This document shows, piece by piece, positions 52,301 through 64,000 of a stretch of 64,000 nucleotides of DNA. This DNA is from Phoronis australis (lineage: Eukaryota > Animalia > Phoronida): assembly GCA_002633005.1 (NCBI GenBank), contig NMRA01001017.1, positions 5,524 to 69,523 of the forward strand, written 5' to 3'. Positions within the stretch are counted from its first letter, which is position 1. Each line of letters starts with the position of its first letter. The translations under genes were made by a program, and so were the position numbers. The notes below the pieces were generated by a model. The model was given only the letters and a program-made list of their open reading frames with translations, was not told the origin of the DNA and made no database searches.

Positions 52301-54127
52301 AAGTCACCATCATTTTACATATTAAATGTCGATCAATCAATCAATAACATAAGTAAATCAATAAATAAAAATAAATGTTGATGAAAGCCAACCTTCTGTC
52401 GACAAAGTTAAATCAAAAGGGACTTTTAAGTCATATATTTGGAAGCCATTTCAACCAATGCCTTAAAATGGCATAGCAATGTCCTCTCTTCAATTCCCTC
52501 TGCTAACCATTATGAAACTGGCATTGGCTTATTTTTTGCTTAAATTAGAAGTCAGTGTTTCTGGTCTTGGTAGAATTGACAATTGTTAATGACCTGAAAT
52601 CATGCTACATACATGCAAAGACCAGCCATGTGAAGCCAGTTACTGGAGCCTGGTCATACCCGATTATAAACTTCCAGTTTTACAAGAAATCACTACTACG
52701 TTGAGTACTGAATACGCATGGGTCATGGCAAGAATTGTACGGTGACACTTGGCTCACCTAAATTTCCAACTGCTGCCAGCTGTTTATGAGCCATGACGTG
52801 GCACACCCAGGAAAGAATAAATGGGAAGCAGACTACTATCTAATGCTGGCCCCAGTATAGACTGCGCCAGCAATGATCTAATTGCCTACAACTGCATGAT
52901 TCTTAGGCAAGCAAACTGGCCAATTTCGACCGGTGAGGGTGAGAACATAGGATTCTTATCATGTCTAAGACCAGTAATGTTGTATATTAGTAAGCTGACC
53001 AAATCGAAAGTTATTTTTCCATTGAAAATAGTTTTTAGCAGCGTAAATAGTAAATATGAAGACAAACCATGCGTCTTCATAAAGTGATTCAGGCTGGTGA
53101 TGAATGCCCCTGGTGCCTCACACAGATGGACAGAGTTGAACTCCTCATTGTTTTTAGGTAGGATATCAAACTTCGACAAAATCTCATGAAATTTGCACCA
53201 TGCCTGAGTACACAGCTCTGGGTGGATTGCCTTCACGACACATGGTACAATACCACCTGCAGGATTCATGCGCTGTGTGTGATCATGCCATTGGCTGATA
53301 TCCATATGACTCAGTTTGTCCTTAGTTGAATTGAGCTCTTGTTTCATAACCTGAAGGGTCGAATCGTACCTGAAAAAATAAAGAAAACACGTCCCACTGT
53401 GGTCCCAACTTGAAATAGTAATTCAAGTCACTCTGTGAGGATAAAGGCAGGTTAGTTTCGTGAACAAGAATACACTCTCAAAAAACAGTTTAGCTCGGTA
53501 TCAAGACAATAACAGGCAGCCAGTTCTTTCCAAGTCTCCAAATCAAGTCTAATCTGAGAAAGTAACGTGTTGATACCCAAATTCCAATTTTACAGCAAGT
53601 CACCTAACAAATGGCGACTTAATAGCAGCCACACTGTAGAATTGTTGTGAGGACTTGACAGGGACCTCAGGGGCCTCACGCTCCACTGGCCCATCTACAC
53701 TATTTTGAAAAGGCGTTGCCCAGTCACACATTGTGTGTCAAGAGATAATGATAGCTGCAGCTGACGCGGCAAGGAGAGCTACTCTCGTTTATCACATTGG
53801 TGTAGACTCACAGTAGAACTGGGGTTTTCTGTTGAACCCAGACCGTACGGAGTTGCACCAAATACCAACTCCGGACGGTCTCTCACGACGATTTAGTGTG
53901 GTGTTTAATTATACAATGCGAGGAAGTCTGCCATGCAGCAGAATTTAATTGTACCACAGGGAAGAGTCATTCCACGGTTGGGATGGCAACTTCCAGTTTC
54001 CACACTTTTCAAAGGTGTAAGTTTTGTTGAAGAGGTCTGTTATTTCACTGTCTAACTTCCCATTTCTTCTTGGAGTTGAGCATTCTTGCCAGTCGCTAGA
54101 AGCACGTTTTCGCTTTTTCTTGGGCAT
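43329..54127 (-). CDS. CMTR2: Cap-specific mRNA (nucleoside-2'-O)-methyltransferase 2, ~740 aa, 11 coding exons
   Basis: Exons 54127-53955, 53369-53068, 51313-51105, 50663-50466, 50126-50006, 49865-49402, 46648-46514, 46036-45833, 45099-45001, 44275-44116, 43486-43329 sum to 2223 nt in frame. Motifs [64 protein letters not shown] (K-D-K-E tetrad), [11 protein letters not shown]. Confidence 0.93.
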
Positions 54128-54699
54128 TTTCTGAAATGTAAACATGTATAAAATAATGAATACGATAAAATAAAATGTAGTGTTATCATAAATGATCATA
54201 ATAGGCGCTTAGATCAGATTTCATGATCAGCAGCATCAGGCTTTTTGAACAACACCAGGAAAATGAACAAATCCATTGATCGATGAAACGGGACACATGC
54301 CATGGGTTTCTTATTCCAGCCTGGATTCACAGTAGCCTTTGTGAGGGCCAATATTTGATGTGCAGTGTGAGTGTGGCATGAAGGCCACGCCTAGGAGCTT
54401 GACAAACCATCCACCTGAACAGGAATCGCCAGTGTCACTTACGTGCTTGCTGAACTCACGTTCTTGATAAACATACCTCTCGTCTTGTGCGACTTTCCTG
54501 ACATCTACTGGCGAGAAAAGCTGGCTGATTTGAAACCAAGCTCTTTAGTTACGCACAACAATTGTAAATCAATTTGTTGCACATTTATATAATATTTACC
54601 ACTTATTGTACAATTTTATGGCTTTTAGTTACCATTTAAAATTTTTGTAGTTCACAAAAGCTTTGTTAATGACAAACACAATTAAAGAATTATAGATAC

Positions 54700-54828
54700 T
54701 CAACTAAATTGGCGAAACGTAAACGTACTTTTTTAAGCGGAAGTCGACATCCTTGAAGAAAAACAAACGTGCTGAACTTTGCGATATTTAACGATTAACT
54801 CTAACAGAGTTAAAAGTGCGTTTGAGCG
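54700..54828. promoter_or_regulatory. Probable bidirectional promoter for CMTR2 and RPAP2
   Basis: Divergent start codons ~700 bp apart. The CMTR2 ATG follows an acceptor, so its first exon lies closer to RPAP2. ETS/GABP-like GCGGAAGT at 54737-54744. Confidence 0.6.
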
Positions 54829-57800
54829 ATGGATCAAGCTGTCGAAAATGGAAAGCCTATGGAGGCAGCTAATAAACGGTATATGGTTATGTAGTACATC
54901 CTGTCAGAAAGGGCAATCTTGTCTGGTAATACAAGTGGTAAATCCATGCGGTTTTTGTAGCGCAGTTTGTAGAAAATTTCTCCAACGTCGGGACTTGAAC
55001 CCGGCCTGTCACAGCTTTCGCGTGTGAGAGCCGAGTGTCTAAACCGTTCAGTGACACCCAGAAGTCACGTACCACAACACTCCTCTTCCATCTACCGATC
55101 AAGCTAGCCAGCTAGCTGTATGTCAAAATGCAGCTAGGTACCACTGGCACTGGCACTCTGTGTACTGCGCTGACAGACTGACCATAGCCCTAGTAGATCT
55201 GCACGACACCTTGCCGTGAAACTTGTATCAGCATGTAGAGCTAAAGACGTGCGAGGGTGCATGCAAAATCTGGGAGTCAACCAGCACTCACCTTGCCCGT
55301 TACAGCCTCTTAAGTGAAAAACAGTCTAATAAAGGTCATTTTCTTGCATACTTCTCCACCTTTTGTAGCAAAGAAAAGTATGTCATCATTTTGAAAACAC
55401 TACATTTGTGACATGCAACAGAAAAATTTGTTCTGAAATTTGTTTTGCTGGTATCAAAATTTTAAAAACTGAAGTGAAACCGGTTCCAATAATTTGTTGT
55501 GACATGTAGACAACCTCGTGAAAGAACAACAGTTGATTGAAGAATGGATGAAAAAAGAAACTGGCCAATAGGTGATGCAATATTTCATGGTGCCGATAGC
55601 TGATGCAAAAGATCGTACAACAATTTTAGCTGCAGAATAACAGTAGAATGCCATTTTTTCCAACACCGGTAAATAATTCAGTTTACTCAAGGAAGACTAG
55701 TTTTTAATGACACTAATTTTGAATTAGATTTTATGTGGTCATTTTTTACCCACATCGGCACAACGCTTTATATTTAGTATACAGCTTTGCACCAAGACCG
55801 CCTACCCCCTCATGAGGGCAATTTCGCGTGATTTTTCAATATTTTTCGGAGGGAAATGGAGTTGATGTTTGTCCCAAAATGGAGGGATTGAGGGGCCTGC
55901 CTCACCTGAAACAATATAGTGGATAGCCGTTTCTTCTCAAGCCTAGAATTCAATTATATGTAATCTGTGCCATAGTACAGGAAGTGACCAAAAGTTGTTT
56001 ATGGCAGTTATTAGCTTTATCACGCACACAAAGCCATCGTAAAGCAAGATGAGACAAGATTGTTTTCATTGGTTAGAAATTTTGCTTTTGAATTCTTGAT
56101 TTGATGCATTGTAAACTATCTTTTCCAGTATGGCTGATTTAGAGAACCACTTCCGGAAGAAACGAGAGGCAGAGAAAAGGGCTCTCACCATTATTGAGAG
56201 GTTGCTAGGTGATGGTGTGTCGGAAGAGTTTCTGGTTGATGCGGTAAGCTGTTGCAAAATTTGTTTTGATTAATAAATGAGTTGAGACCAATTTAAATAG
56301 TAGTTAGTTTTCACAAAAAAAGTTTAAGTCTGGTCTGCATGCCATGTCATGTGACCTAATGAACAATAGTCTAAAACGATTTCTGCCTCGACTGGTAGTC
56401 GAACCCGGGACCTTCTGCTAACCATGCAGACACTCTGTCCACTGAGCCACTGGCACTAATGGTCAAACATAGAAATCCAAGCAGATCAAGCACTGGGCAT
56501 CTCGCCCAAAAACTCGTGAGTGTATATAATATATATATTTATATATGTGTAAATCCTGAACGGGTGTGGAAGTATGGAGTAGTTAATTTTCTAAATCAAA
56601 AGTTAATTTCTTTGACAGAACGTGGATTTATTGCCGCTTTCACTTTATTCCGATCACTTTGTGTCTGTAACTTCACTCTAAGAATTCGAAACCGTTTTTA
56701 GATAAAGATCACGTCTGTCTTATGGTCTATGCTTGACCTTCAGAACAGCATAACGGCATACTAGGCAAATTAACCAACCCCTTCCCTCGCCATCACCCCA
56801 TACCTTTCTGGCCATGGTACAAAATGCCACCTGCGTACCATTGAAAATTATGGCTGCCCCCATATGGCATCCTAGATTCATCCAAATGTGAATTTAACTT
56901 AGAATACTCCTCAGTAATGTTCACATGCGAATTTATTTTTACGTGACAGTGGAACTATTTTTAATGTGACAGGTACAAAGTTTATGGTGTACGCACGTAC
57001 CTCTGATGCGCTTAATTGTGTCGAAGCTCAATGTGATGCCTTGCAGTTCTGTTAACCAGAAATACCAGCCTTTGTCATCTGGACGAGATCGATGTGGTTG
57101 TTTATTGGCCAGATGCTTGAAAGCAGGGATTTCTTTTTGTTCTCTGCTGATTCTGATCAATACGTTTAATTTCATGGTCACATATTTTAAGTTCAGTCCT
57201 GTGGGATTCTGTGGGTTCTTAACTGCGTAACGTTCTCAGCCAAATTTGATCTCTCTGTCTCAGGTATTCTGATGGCAACATTGTCTTCTGTTACTGTCTC
57301 GCTGCTCATAATGGACTTCACTGGTTCCAGGCGAAATTTATCAACCCGGAGTATTACAATGACGCTGTCGTGGAAAGGAGTATTATAAAGCTATGTGGTT
57401 ATCCGTTGTGCACAAACTCTTTAAAAAACGTAAGTTTATCGTTGGTACCAGCACAGTAATGTCTGAATTCAAGATTTACATGGGTCGCTACCATGGCAAC
57501 CATGTTGTTGATAGAGATTCACTGAATTAAACCAATGACTTGATGACTATGTTTGTACCATCTATTGCTCTCATGGAACATTCCTCCCATGCTCTCTTTA
57601 TGCGAAAAACAGACTTCAATGACCATTCACCACACACTAGGTAAGACTTGTTACCCTGAGTGACTCAATGCTGCCAATCCCACTACTTCACGTCATATCG
57701 TCATTCACTCTGTACCCTGTGATTGACAGCTGTCAGACTTGCATCTACTGTCAGTACTAGTACCGATTATTGGTTCTCTGTTGAAATGTACTTTGCTGTG

Positions 57801-59821
57801 CTGTACTGAGCAATGTTTTACTATATTGTACTGTTTGGTTGTCTAATATACTGTTCTGTACTTAAGGACACTGCAATGAACTGTTACCATTCTGCACTGC
57901 AGTGCCCTACACCCATAGTTGATGTGATTCCATATCAGGATGATGAGTCATCATTCAAAGCATCATTTATGTAAATCTCTTTTGATCATTCTCTTGTCAT
58001 TGTTCAATGATAAATATCACAAATAATAATAAACCTTTCATGAAAAATTAAATAAACCTTTATTAAGAATTCTTATCATACCATTCATAATGTACCACGA
58101 TCAACCAAAATTACCTGTGAACTGTTTGGTACAGTACAGGTCATGAGTATTTGGTCTAACGGAAAGTGATGCGGCTGTCGCACATCTGGAGGTTGGTAAG
58201 GGGTGGCTAGCTAATCGGTGAAGAAGATCGTTCATCAGCAGTTCAGAGTTGCTCCTCTGCTATCCTCTAGACATGTGAGGATCGCCTGTTAGCATATTCA
58301 TGAACTGTACTGTACTTTGATTTACCCGGTATACTGTATTGCACTTTGATGTGTTCTGTACGCTTCTGAGTTTTGATGTACTGTTAAATAACGCTCGTGC
58401 GGCCTCTGTTGCTGTGCTGTTCTCATGACAACTGAACACACTGCACTTCTGATCAGCAGTTTTGTGTCTTGACTATTAATACTATAAACACCACCTTCAC
58501 CATCATCATTCTAACTAACAGTGGATGGATTGTACTGATTTGAACAACGCTATTTTGCGATTGACGCGATTTGTAATTGTGACAGTTGTGTTATTCTTGT
58601 TTCAGATACCAAAGCAGAAATATCACATCTCATTGAAAACGAACAGAGTGTACGACATGTCCGAAAGAAAGGTACTTGCTGGAGATGTAATCTTAAACCT
58701 CTACTGTTGTAAAGTATACTTGGATTTAAAGCCCTTTGTTAAGTACAAACTTTTCATGATGGTCATTTAATAATGTATACCTAGTGTTCGTTCTACACCT
58801 CCAAATATTTTGTCCAGTGGAACCACCGTGCATTTTTGAGGGTGGGGTACATTTTAGTCTCTTCGGGTCCAGGGAAATGCAGCACTGAAATTAGAACATT
58901 CACATTTTACGATTCGCAATGCAGTCAGTGAAATGAGGCTAATTTAGAATCAGTTTTATTTGTGGAAAATGCCAGGATAACGACGAAAAGATGCGAGTCG
59001 ACTTAATGTCATATTTTTGGTTTAATTTATTTCAAACAAATTATTGAAATTTTCATATTAATTGTTGATGCTCTCATAAAGGTATACGGTTGTCTCAAAT
59101 GGTGCAAAATTGCTTGCTTGGGTTAATACTGGATAACACTGGTGTAAACTTGCTCCATGCTCAGATTAGTAAATGATTTCTTTGTTGGAGAGGAAGCCAG
59201 GCATAAGTTGTTGTGGTGAGCTGTTCATTGTATGTGGCGACACCAATACTGCTGGAAGTAAACCAGCTATGAGGCCAAAACTTTTGTGTAAACAAATAGT
59301 GCATTCAACTTCACTGAGCTTGCCTGTCATGACAATGAAAATCACAAAGCCCATTCTTGTGTTTTATATATAAAATTTTGAAGTTCTTTGTTACTGACTA
59401 ACTGTACTTGATTGTGTTCTCATCAATGACTTATAGATGCCCCATCATTACTTGAATAAGATGTCAATATCTATCTTTAGATTCACAAAATCTTCCATTA
59501 GTTACTTGCAGTGCCAAATAAGTTTTTGTTTTAAAAATTTTAGCCTCCCATACATACTGTTTATTTCATGGCATTTAGAGAGTGAGATGAAACTATTACT
59601 AAATTTCTGTGTTGTCTTGATACAAACGGCAAGTGCTGAAATGGTCTTTTGGAATATTTAAGAGCCAAATTTTGAACTAAAAGTTTGTAATTTCAGAACT
59701 ACTGCAGTAGTTGGTGCTTCCAGGCTTCAACCTTCTTCAAGAAGCAGCTTCAAACATCACCGCTGTGGGAACGACAGAAGGAAACAGTCAACAACGTGAA
59801 ACTGCTGCAGAAATCACAGAA
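54829..59821 (+). CDS. RPAP2: RNA polymerase II-associated protein 2 (Rtr1/RPAP2 CTD phosphatase), 5' part; later exons not found in the window
   Basis: Exons 54829-54878, 56129-56243, 57331-57429, 58606-58671, 59697-59821 splice in frame: [12 protein letters not shown]...EEFL...[25 protein letters not shown]...[33 protein letters not shown] (RTR1-type zinc finger). The first exon is less certain. Confidence 0.9.
54980..55060 (-). repeat. tRNA-derived pseudogene / SINE-like segment
   Basis: T-arm/B box CCGGGTTCAAGTCCCG and A-box-like sequence, but no acceptor stem. Confidence 0.45.
55100..55797 (+). repeat. Family B element copy in RPAP2 intron 1
   Basis: Colinear with 30480-31076. Confidence 0.7.
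56323..56505 (-). repeat. tRNA-derived repeat, family D copy 2
   Basis: Minus strand GTGGCTCAGTGG ... TCTGC-loop-GCAGA ... CCGGGTTCGACTACC; colinear with 36525-36720. Confidence 0.65.
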
Positions 59822-61830
59822 GTATAGTAACCCTTTTAATACTCTATGTCATTCAATCGCTCAATGACTCCACCCACCGACCTCATTTGTCTGAGGTCAT
59901 GGGTATTATTGACAGCAGAGTGGTGCAAACACAACTGTGGTGTGTATAAGCATTATGTGGTTCACATTTGCTTCTTCCCAAAAAAATGCTTTCTGAAAAC
60001 TAAGTTCAATCATTTGAGTATTACCAGGAAGAGATAACCAGGAAGGGACAATTAGCTAAACCGCCGTTTTTGGCCTCCTTCCCCGGACTAATTTTAGGAC
60101 TTAAGTTTCGTTTAAAAGGAAACAGATGATTTCATCAGAGAGATTAAAGCTTTTTCTATAGAAGGATATCAAAAAATCTCACTTTGCAACCTTGAACAGT
60201 GGTGTAATTGTACTTTGAAAATATCGACTTCAGCGCACGCAATCGCAATTTCCCACACGCAGTCACGGGTATTTAAGCTTTTCCGTCGATGTATAGATGG
60301 CGCAGTAGTCAAGTACTCCCTCATTTGCATATCAAATTTGCATGTGGGAGTTCTGAGACTCTCGTAAGTTTAGTTGTTGTCGAGCGCTTGAATGGATAAA
60401 GCGGTGACCTCCCGCTGAGATCACGCGCTGATGAAGATACCACAGCTAACTCGATCGCTTCGCAATCAGGAGGTGAAAACACTCCCATGACCGCAGTTCT
60501 AAATTCCAGTTAAGCAAGCCCTATTTCAAGGAGCGGACTTTGAATTGTTTTCATCCCCTTACAGTGGGTTGCAGAGAGGTTTAGAACTAGGTCAACATCG
60601 AACTTTCTGAGGCTAGCTATCGTGTTGACAAAAGTTTGAAGTGTCAGAACCATAGACTGAGCGCGCGAGAGATCTATGATTCCTGTTCTAATCCAGTCAC
60701 GGTTGACGAAAAAATTGCTATCGGCATAAAGAACGACCGTGGGAAATTTATTTTGAGGTGGGAACCTGTATCCAAGAATAAATATTAATATGGACAGCAC
60801 ACAAACGCAATAGTTTGAAAGCTTCTAATTGTGTCTATACCATGCATTTTTCATTAATTTATTATTCACGGTTTCGCTCCTGGTCTTCAAAGAAAGCAAT
60901 CTTTAAAGCTTCCTTTCTCTCCGTGTACTCCTCGATATCCTTCCCGTCGCATTCATCTATGACTTCAGTCAGATTCTCAACGGAAAATTGAACGTCTTTA
61001 ATAAAGGATAGCTCAACACTGGGTTTTCTCAAGCTCAACTGTCAAATCATTGCTAGTTGTACTCTGTAATATCTCACCCTCCGCGTTTCGTTTTTTTGGG
61101 AGGTTGCGGTGTCGTGAAACAACACCGTCGAGTGAGAGAAGTTGCACCGGATAATTGGAATTGGTTGAAGTACTTTCCTTTAGAGTGCCCCGACTGCCGT
61201 TTTCTTGGCAAGTCACCTTGCCTTCCTAATTTTTTCTGGGCATTTAAGACATCGGCCTTCTGCGGTAATCAACCTTTTATCTCCTATAGAAATGTTACGC
61301 CTAATTTTCTACCATTTTAGCACACTTTGTGGCTCTCAAGCATATCCCGGGCCTGCTGTAAGTCTAACGTTAGATATTTCGGCAAAAATCGCACACAGCT
61401 CCAGTTAGCACTGTCATAATTATATTTCTTAATTCCGCCACAGTATTGCATACTTGGAAGTTAGTTTTGCTAGGTGTTATCCCAAATTAATCCACAATAG
61501 TTGTTCATTATCAAATGCCTCATTTCCTCCCCAAGGACAGTTCCGTCAACACAAAACGTTTCTTTGCCATTCTTCAAAAATCGTGTACATGCACTTGCTT
61601 CAAAGGACCAATAGCCGTGGCTGGAATGTCGGCAGCTTCACGACTAAGACTACAGCTAATTCCTGTTGAAATTCTTCATACTTCAAAATTCTTGTTTGCA
61701 GGTGCTGATAATTGCCTTCAATAGTTTTCATAATAAGAGACTAGAAATCCGAGTTATCACACACGCCCACTGGCCTGCTGCTGCCTTCCATTTTCACTGC
61801 ATGACAGCGTTTTCCCGTTCAGTGACTTAA

Positions 61831-63649
61831 AGGCGAAGGCAACCTTTTTCCATTTCATTTTGAGCTAAAATAAGGTTGGTTGGTTATCCTAGACATATTT
61901 TCCACTTAATTACAGCTTTTCGTAATTTTATAAATTACTCGTCCGCTACTCCGGAAGTGACGTTTTAGGAGGCAAGCGTTTCCCGCCACTTGGTTTTGCG
62001 TTGACTTTACCGTGCGAATCTGTTCTATTCTACTTTTGTTTTGTGCTGTTTTTCAACAATTGTCGCCACCACTTTCCACTGCGGCAAGATAGGTTAGTAG
62101 AGAACTCAACTACGTTGGATTTAGGGATTGTTTAGTGTGTTGTAAGCTGAAAGTGGCTGGAGTCGGTGACCCGTATCACAGTGACAGGAGTGTGAGTGAC
62201 GGAGACCTTGTTCACAGCAGTGGTGACGAGGATTTTTTTCAAGGACATTCAGTGGGTGGGTACATGTTTGAGCCCGAGTATAACGAGGCAGAGTACGCAC
62301 AGGCACAGGTAGCTGTTGAGAGAAACGAGGCGGCTATTGAGGACAGACGTACGTGGTGACACATCTTGGTGCACATGCACCGTGTGCGTTGTTATGCCTA
62401 CCTCAATGGAATGCTTGTGCTGTTCAGAGTTCGATGAGGCCAAGCCACTACTGGATATGGTTAAGTGGACCTCCGGCATACCACGGACAGAGGAACAACT
62501 GTCCCACTTGCCAGAGTGTCCCGCGACACACTCCCACTGGATGGTGACCTGAGCACCCAAACTGCTTACACCGTGTCGTGTGACTCCCTCGCCACACACC
62601 TTCTAAATAGCGCCAACACTTTAGACGAGTCCACAATAAACTTTGGCTCACCGATCTGTTCACTGGACGACAAACTATCCTCTTCACTGGGTGTCGAACT
62701 GAGCCTGTAATCACTCCCACTACTCGATATCGCTGCAGGGCTGCTTAGAGGCTCTGGGCTGGAGAAAACAGCACAGTGCGAATCACTACTGGTTCCAGGA
62801 ATTGCACGCTCGGGGGGTACGTTTGGAGGCAGGGTGACAGTTTATGAAGTGCCTCCACTGGCTCCAGTCACTGTACTGGCCACAAATCGCGAGGCTTCTC
62901 GCTTCAAAAACGCACTTCTCGGGGGTGGCGACGGGGCACTGCCGGGAATCAACACAGACGGAATGGCATCCTTCTTCAGGCATTGTTTTGCAGGGCCCTT
63001 CATCAGTTCAGCGTACAAATCCCTTTCGTAATCGGACGGCAGAAAGTGCTTGCCCCGCACACGTTATTCTCCACTGCTTTGTACGTTGCGTGGACGGGTA
63101 ACGCTGCGTTCTTCACACTAACGAGTCAAGTAGAAATTACCCATCGGATAAGTCGTTAACAATGCGAATCTAAAATCACTTGGAATATATACGACCAACT
63201 ATGCAATCGAGAGGATATTTGCCACATTCGAAAATGAACAAGCGGCTGTAGAACAGCCACAAACTAAACAAACACGTTTGGCAATTAGCCTTGGCAAGGC
63301 AAAAGCCAAAGGTAGGCAATGACCATCGCCTCTGTTGGCCCGAACCCAGAGGCGATGCAGAGGCTATAGGCGCTCTGTACGCCGGAAGCTTTTCGGCGAA
63401 TTATGCCTCGCACCGACTAAACCATCAAAGTCACGTTGTTATAGATACCTTTTGCGCATAGAGGAACACCTGAGGAGGTTGTCGATGTGTTTAATTCCTT
63501 CCAACTCGAACAAATACTTCCATTATCAAACTTTTTCTTCGAGCAGTCCCTATTTCAGTTCCCAAAATCGTGAACTCACCATTTTTATACTGCGCACGCT
63601 CCAATTTTTACCGCGCTCGCTAGGTGATGTGACTTCATGACCTCAACCT
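61831..63649 (-). mobile_element. Internally deleted KolobokP-like DNA transposon (THAP-transposase remnant on -, P2X7 C-terminal/ballast-like remnant on +)
   Basis: Left end TTAA|AGGCGAAGG; tentative right end ...CCT|TTAA at 63649. Minus strand: RYP...KQW, (C)GKHFLPSDY...LKKDAIPS (THAP), EPKFIVDSSKVLALFRRC, IQWECVAGHSGKWDS. Plus strand: GYMFEPEY, then WCTCTVCVVMPTSMECLCCSEF. Confidence 0.75.
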
Positions 63650-64000
63650 TTAAATAGGCCAAAGGTGAGCCATTGTGGTCTTGTCAGTCAAATGTTCGTT
63701 TCCAAAATGCTACCACGTATACTTGTCTTTAATTGGCGTTACTTGAAACTGATTGTATTTCAATGAATTATTGTTTGTATTTGATAAAAATAAATGCTGT
63801 TGATATGACATTTAATAGTTTTTGTGCACATATTTGACATTTTAATGTTTAACAACACGACAAATGCACGGCTGGTTCCCGGCAGCACGTACGCGAAGGG
63901 CGGAAACTTCAGCTTTCAAAGTTCGCCGGTAGGTCCGCAACTTGTGACCTTCGGCCTGGTTAAAAAAATGAAAATGTTGATTTCACGATTTTGGGAACTG

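Noticed and set aside
54980-55060. Functional tRNA gene
   Set aside because: The acceptor stem does not pair and the anticodon arm is irregular. The same applies to tRNA-like pieces at ~29020, 36605, 37262, 41670 and 56385.
57935-58010. C/D snoRNA candidate (ATGATGA) in an RPAP2 intron
   Set aside because: No convincing D box, terminal stem or recognisable guide.
63930-63965. Alternative right end of the Kolobok-like element (GACCTTCGGCCTGGTTAA)
   Set aside because: Partial TIR similarity, but two extra bases separate CCT from TTAA; it cannot be preferred over 63649 without other copies.

Overview
Eukaryotic genomic DNA from an animal, most likely a marine invertebrate. It is intron-rich, has dense degraded repeats, and contains two isolated Ns and one N gap. 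Genes: (1) a single-coding-exon TRIM-NHL E3 ligase (12750-14702 +) with a tandem, non-processed pseudogene copy (19342-21298 +); (2) a 6-coding-exon coiled-coil/C2H2 zinc-finger gene (31350-38526 +); (3) CMTR2 cap2 methyltransferase, 11 coding exons including a probable GC-AG intron (54127-43329 -); (4) the 5' part of RPAP2/Rtr1 (from 54829 +), head-to-head with CMTR2. A ~5 kb tandem duplication (21.3-30.1 kb) copies the TRIM 3' flank, a LINE RT fragment and the ZF-gene promoter, and shows filled versus empty transposon sites. Two internally deleted Kolobok(P)-like DNA transposons (2997-3984 and ~61831-63649) carry convergent THAP/transposase and YxFEP/P2X7-ballast-like remnants. There are many MITEs, tRNA-derived repeats and a 28-bp minisatellite. 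No CRISPR array, rRNA or intact tRNA was seen. All exon structures were read by eye from splice signals and frame continuity.
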